DNA of 64,000 nucleotides from the NCBI GenBank assembly GCA_965230955.1, contig OZ246404.1, positions 920,790 through 984,789 of the forward strand, in the 5' to 3' direction. Each line of letters begins with the position of its first letter. Position 1 is the first letter of the stretch. The DNA is from an uncultured Candidatus Saccharibacteria bacterium (GTDB taxonomy: Bacteria > Patescibacteriota > CALEFQ01). A model generated the notes under the pieces. The model was given only the letters and a program-made list of their open reading frames with translations, had not been told where the DNA came from and ran no database searches. Below, one piece after another: positions 61,767 to 64,000 of this stretch. A program made the position numbers and the translations under genes.

Positions 61767-62978
61767 TTATTGAACCGTACTGATGACGGAATAAATCGGA
61801 GTAATAATGGATAGCGCCAAGATACCGATGCCGGCGCCGACCACCAGCATCAAGATCGGCTCGATCAACGAGGAAAGAGATTTGAGCTCGGTCACAACTT
61901 GATTGCTATATAATTCCGCCAGCCGGTCGAGAATAACGGTCACTTCACCGGTTCGCTCCCCCACTCGCACCATCCCGATGACCGTGGGCGGAAAAAGGTT
62001 TTTCTCCGCTTCCATCGATTCGGTCAGCGCCACACCCTTGGTCACCCGCTCGGCCACGCGCTTCAGCGCGTTGCCGTACAAACGATCCTTCATCGTATCG
62101 CCCGTCACGGTGATCGCTTCCACGATCGGCATGCCGCTTTTTACCAAATTGGCCAGCGTGCCGGAAAAAGCCGCCATGGCGATTTTTTCTTTGACTTGGT
62201 GAATCAGCGGCCAGCGACTCCAAAAAACGCTGCTCGATGTTTTCACCGACGGAAAACGATTGAGCCACCAAATAAAGACAATCAACCCGACCAGTACAAG
62301 CAGAATCAGCCACCAAAAATTGACGATGAAATCGCTGGTCGCCAGCAATAATCTGGTTGTACCCGGCAATTCCGCGCCGTTTTGCTGTAAAACATCGGCA
62401 ATTTTCGGCACGACAAAAATCATCAGTGCAAAACCGACGCCGATCATGGCGCAAACAATGACAATGGGATAAAGCAGTGCGCCGCGGACCTGGCTGGTCA
62501 ACTCGTAACGACGCCTCAACTCCGAAGCCAAATAGCGCAGATTCTTTTCCAAAATTCCGCTGACCTCGCCGGCACGTACCACTTGGATAAAAACTCGGTC
62601 GAAAACTTCCGGGTGTTTGGAAAAAGACGCCGAGAGCGGAATGCCCGAAGCCACATCCTTGCCGGCATCACGCAATATCTGGCGCAATTTGGCGCTGCGA
62701 AATTGATCGCTGACTATCTGCAAAGCTTCCACCAGCGGCAGACCGGCTTTTAGCATGGCCGCCAATTGCTCCACCAAAAGAGTTTTGTTCAGCAAAGAAA
62801 CCTGGCCGATTTCCATCGACCATAAGCTGCTGCGCCGACCTTCTTTTTCTTCCATCCGCGCGATGAAAAAACCCTGGGACTGCAATTGCTGAACCGCCGT
62901 CGTTTTATCGGCCGCGATTATTTTTCCTTTTTGGGTCTCCCCGTGTTTGGAGAGCACCTCGTATTCAAATTCCGGCAT
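61767..62978 (-). CDS. pilC: Type IV pilus platform protein PilC (GspF family)
   Basis: QLA.MLKAG.PL, AGE.SG.L, AL.YP, VGE.TG, LIEP; start at MPEFEY. Confidence 0.93.
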   Translation of the reverse strand: MPEFEYEVLSKHGETQKGKIIAADKTTAVQQLQSQGFFIARMEEKEGRRSSLWSMEIGQVSLLNKTLLVEQLAAMLKAGLPLVEALQIVSDQFRSAKLRQILRDAGKDVASGIPLSASFSKHPEVFDRVFIQVVRAGEVSGILEKNLRYLASELRRRYELTSQVRGALLYPIVIVCAMIGVGFALMIFVVPKIADVLQQNGAELPGTTRLLLATSDFIVNFWWLILLVLVGLIVFIWWLNRFPSVKTSSSVFWSRWPLIHQVKEKIAMAAFSGTLANLVKSGMPIVEAITVTGDTMKDRLYGNALKRVAERVTKGVALTESMEAEKNLFPPTVIGMVRVGERTGEVTVILDRLAELYSNQVVTELKSLSSLIEPILMLVVGAGIGILALSIITPIYSVISTVQ

Positions 62979-62985
62979 ATAATCC

Positions 62986-63066
62986 AAGATTTAAGATGTA
63001 AGATATAAGATGTAAGAAAATAAGAAAAAATTCTTCTTAAATCTTATATCTTAATTCTTATATCTT
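62986..63066. repeat. Heptamer inverted-arm element, TAAGATN/ATCTTA family, between pilB and pilC
   Basis: aagattt-aagatgt-aagatat-aagatgt-aagaaaa ... tcttaaa-tcttata-tcttaat-tcttata-tctt. Confidence 0.8.
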
Positions 63067-63106
63067 CTCCCTGGGCTCACGGGTAAAACATAGTGTCAGC
63101 TCCTGC

Positions 63107-64000
63107 CTAGCGAATGACTCTGAGGATTTCGTCGATCGACGTCTGCCCTTCAAAAGCTTTTTGGATGCCGTCTTCCAACATCGTCTGCATGCCGGCGGCT
63201 ACCGCCGCCTCGGCAATAACGCTCGAATCCTTGCGTTCGGCGATAAGCTCCCGAATTTTGTCGTTAATTTCCAAAACTTCATAGATACCGACCCGCCCGC
63301 GATAACCGGATCCGCCGCAACGATCACAACCCTTGCTCCGGAAAAATCGTAAATTACTCCAGTCTTTTTTGGCGATAACTTGGAGTTTCACCATGTGATT
63401 CAAAGCGGCTTCCAAATCGATACCCGCCTGCCGGCTGGACAGAGATTTTAGATCGACTTTGTAACTTTCCATGCAGAGCGGACAGAGCCGCCGGACCAAG
63501 CGTTGGCCGACCGCTACATTGACGGTGGAAGATATCAAAAAAGGCTGAATCCCCATATCAATCAAACGCGGCAGAGTACCGGCGGCATCATTGGTATGGA
63601 GCGTGGACAGCACCAAGTGGCCGGTCAGGGCGGAATGGATGGCGATTTCCGCGGTTTCGGTATCGCGAATTTCGCCGATCATGATGATATCCGGATCCTG
63701 GCGTAGAATCGAACGCAGACCATTCGCGAAAGAAATTCCCACACCGGGATTAACCTGAATTTGATTGACCCGCTCAATGCTATACTCTATCGGATCTTCC
63801 ACCGTGCTGATGTTTACGTCTTCGGTATTGAGCATATTGAGCACCGTATAGAGCGTAGTCGTCTTGCCGGAACCGGTCGGCCCCGTCACCAGCAACATGC
63901 CATGCGGGCGCTCAATCGCGCGCTTGATAATATCTAAATTTTTTCCTTTTAGCCCCAAATCTTCCAGGGAATAGCGTTTGGATTCTTCCGGCAGAAGGCG
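63107..64000 (-). CDS. pilB: Type IV pilus assembly ATPase PilB/GspE (5' part outside window)
   Basis: GPTGSGKTTTLY, TVEDPIEY, LRQDPDIIMIGEIRD, TGHLVLSTLHTN, CxxC pairs. Confidence 0.95.
   Translation of the reverse strand, partial: RLLPEESKRYSLEDLGLKGKNLDIIKRAIERPHGMLLVTGPTGSGKTTTLYTVLNMLNTEDVNISTVEDPIEYSIERVNQIQVNPGVGISFANGLRSILRQDPDIIMIGEIRDTETAEIAIHSALTGHLVLSTLHTNDAAGTLPRLIDMGIQPFLISSTVNVAVGQRLVRRLCPLCMESYKVDLKSLSSRQAGIDLEAALNHMVKLQVIAKKDWSNLRFFRSKGCDRCGGSGYRGRVGIYEVLEINDKIRELIAERKDSSVIAEAAVAAGMQTMLEDGIQKAFEGQTSIDEILRVIR

Overview
Chromosomal backbone of a Patescibacteria (CPR, probably Parcubacteria/ABY1-like) genome using the standard code 11. This assignment is inferred from gene content, SD-less housekeeping starts and a PilM-PilN type IV pilus cluster. 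It contains tRNA-Ser(GGA), pyk, groES-groEL with a perfect CIRCE, uvrA, uvrC, secG, rnj, trpS, a phosphohexomutase, ychF, rpsF-ssb-rpsR-efp, recA, rodZ-like, gpmI, ftsK, rpoB-rpoC and a type IV pilus locus with very large adhesin-fused pilins. The most notable unexplained signal is about 20 intergenic elements of degenerate ~7-bp tandem units, mostly arranged as inverted arms, in several sequence families. They sit at stop-to-start junctions. One encloses a four-helix-bundle (IVP/Avd-like) gene, and the others are empty or single-armed. Other candidates: an unannotated promoter-to-terminator structured ncRNA upstream of rpoB, a type II glutamine synthetase next to a decayed type I glnA remnant, an EF-P with Gln at the modification site, nested REP-like palindromes, and several stand-alone small-gene cassettes with strong SD sites. 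All calls were made by eye; no searches were run.
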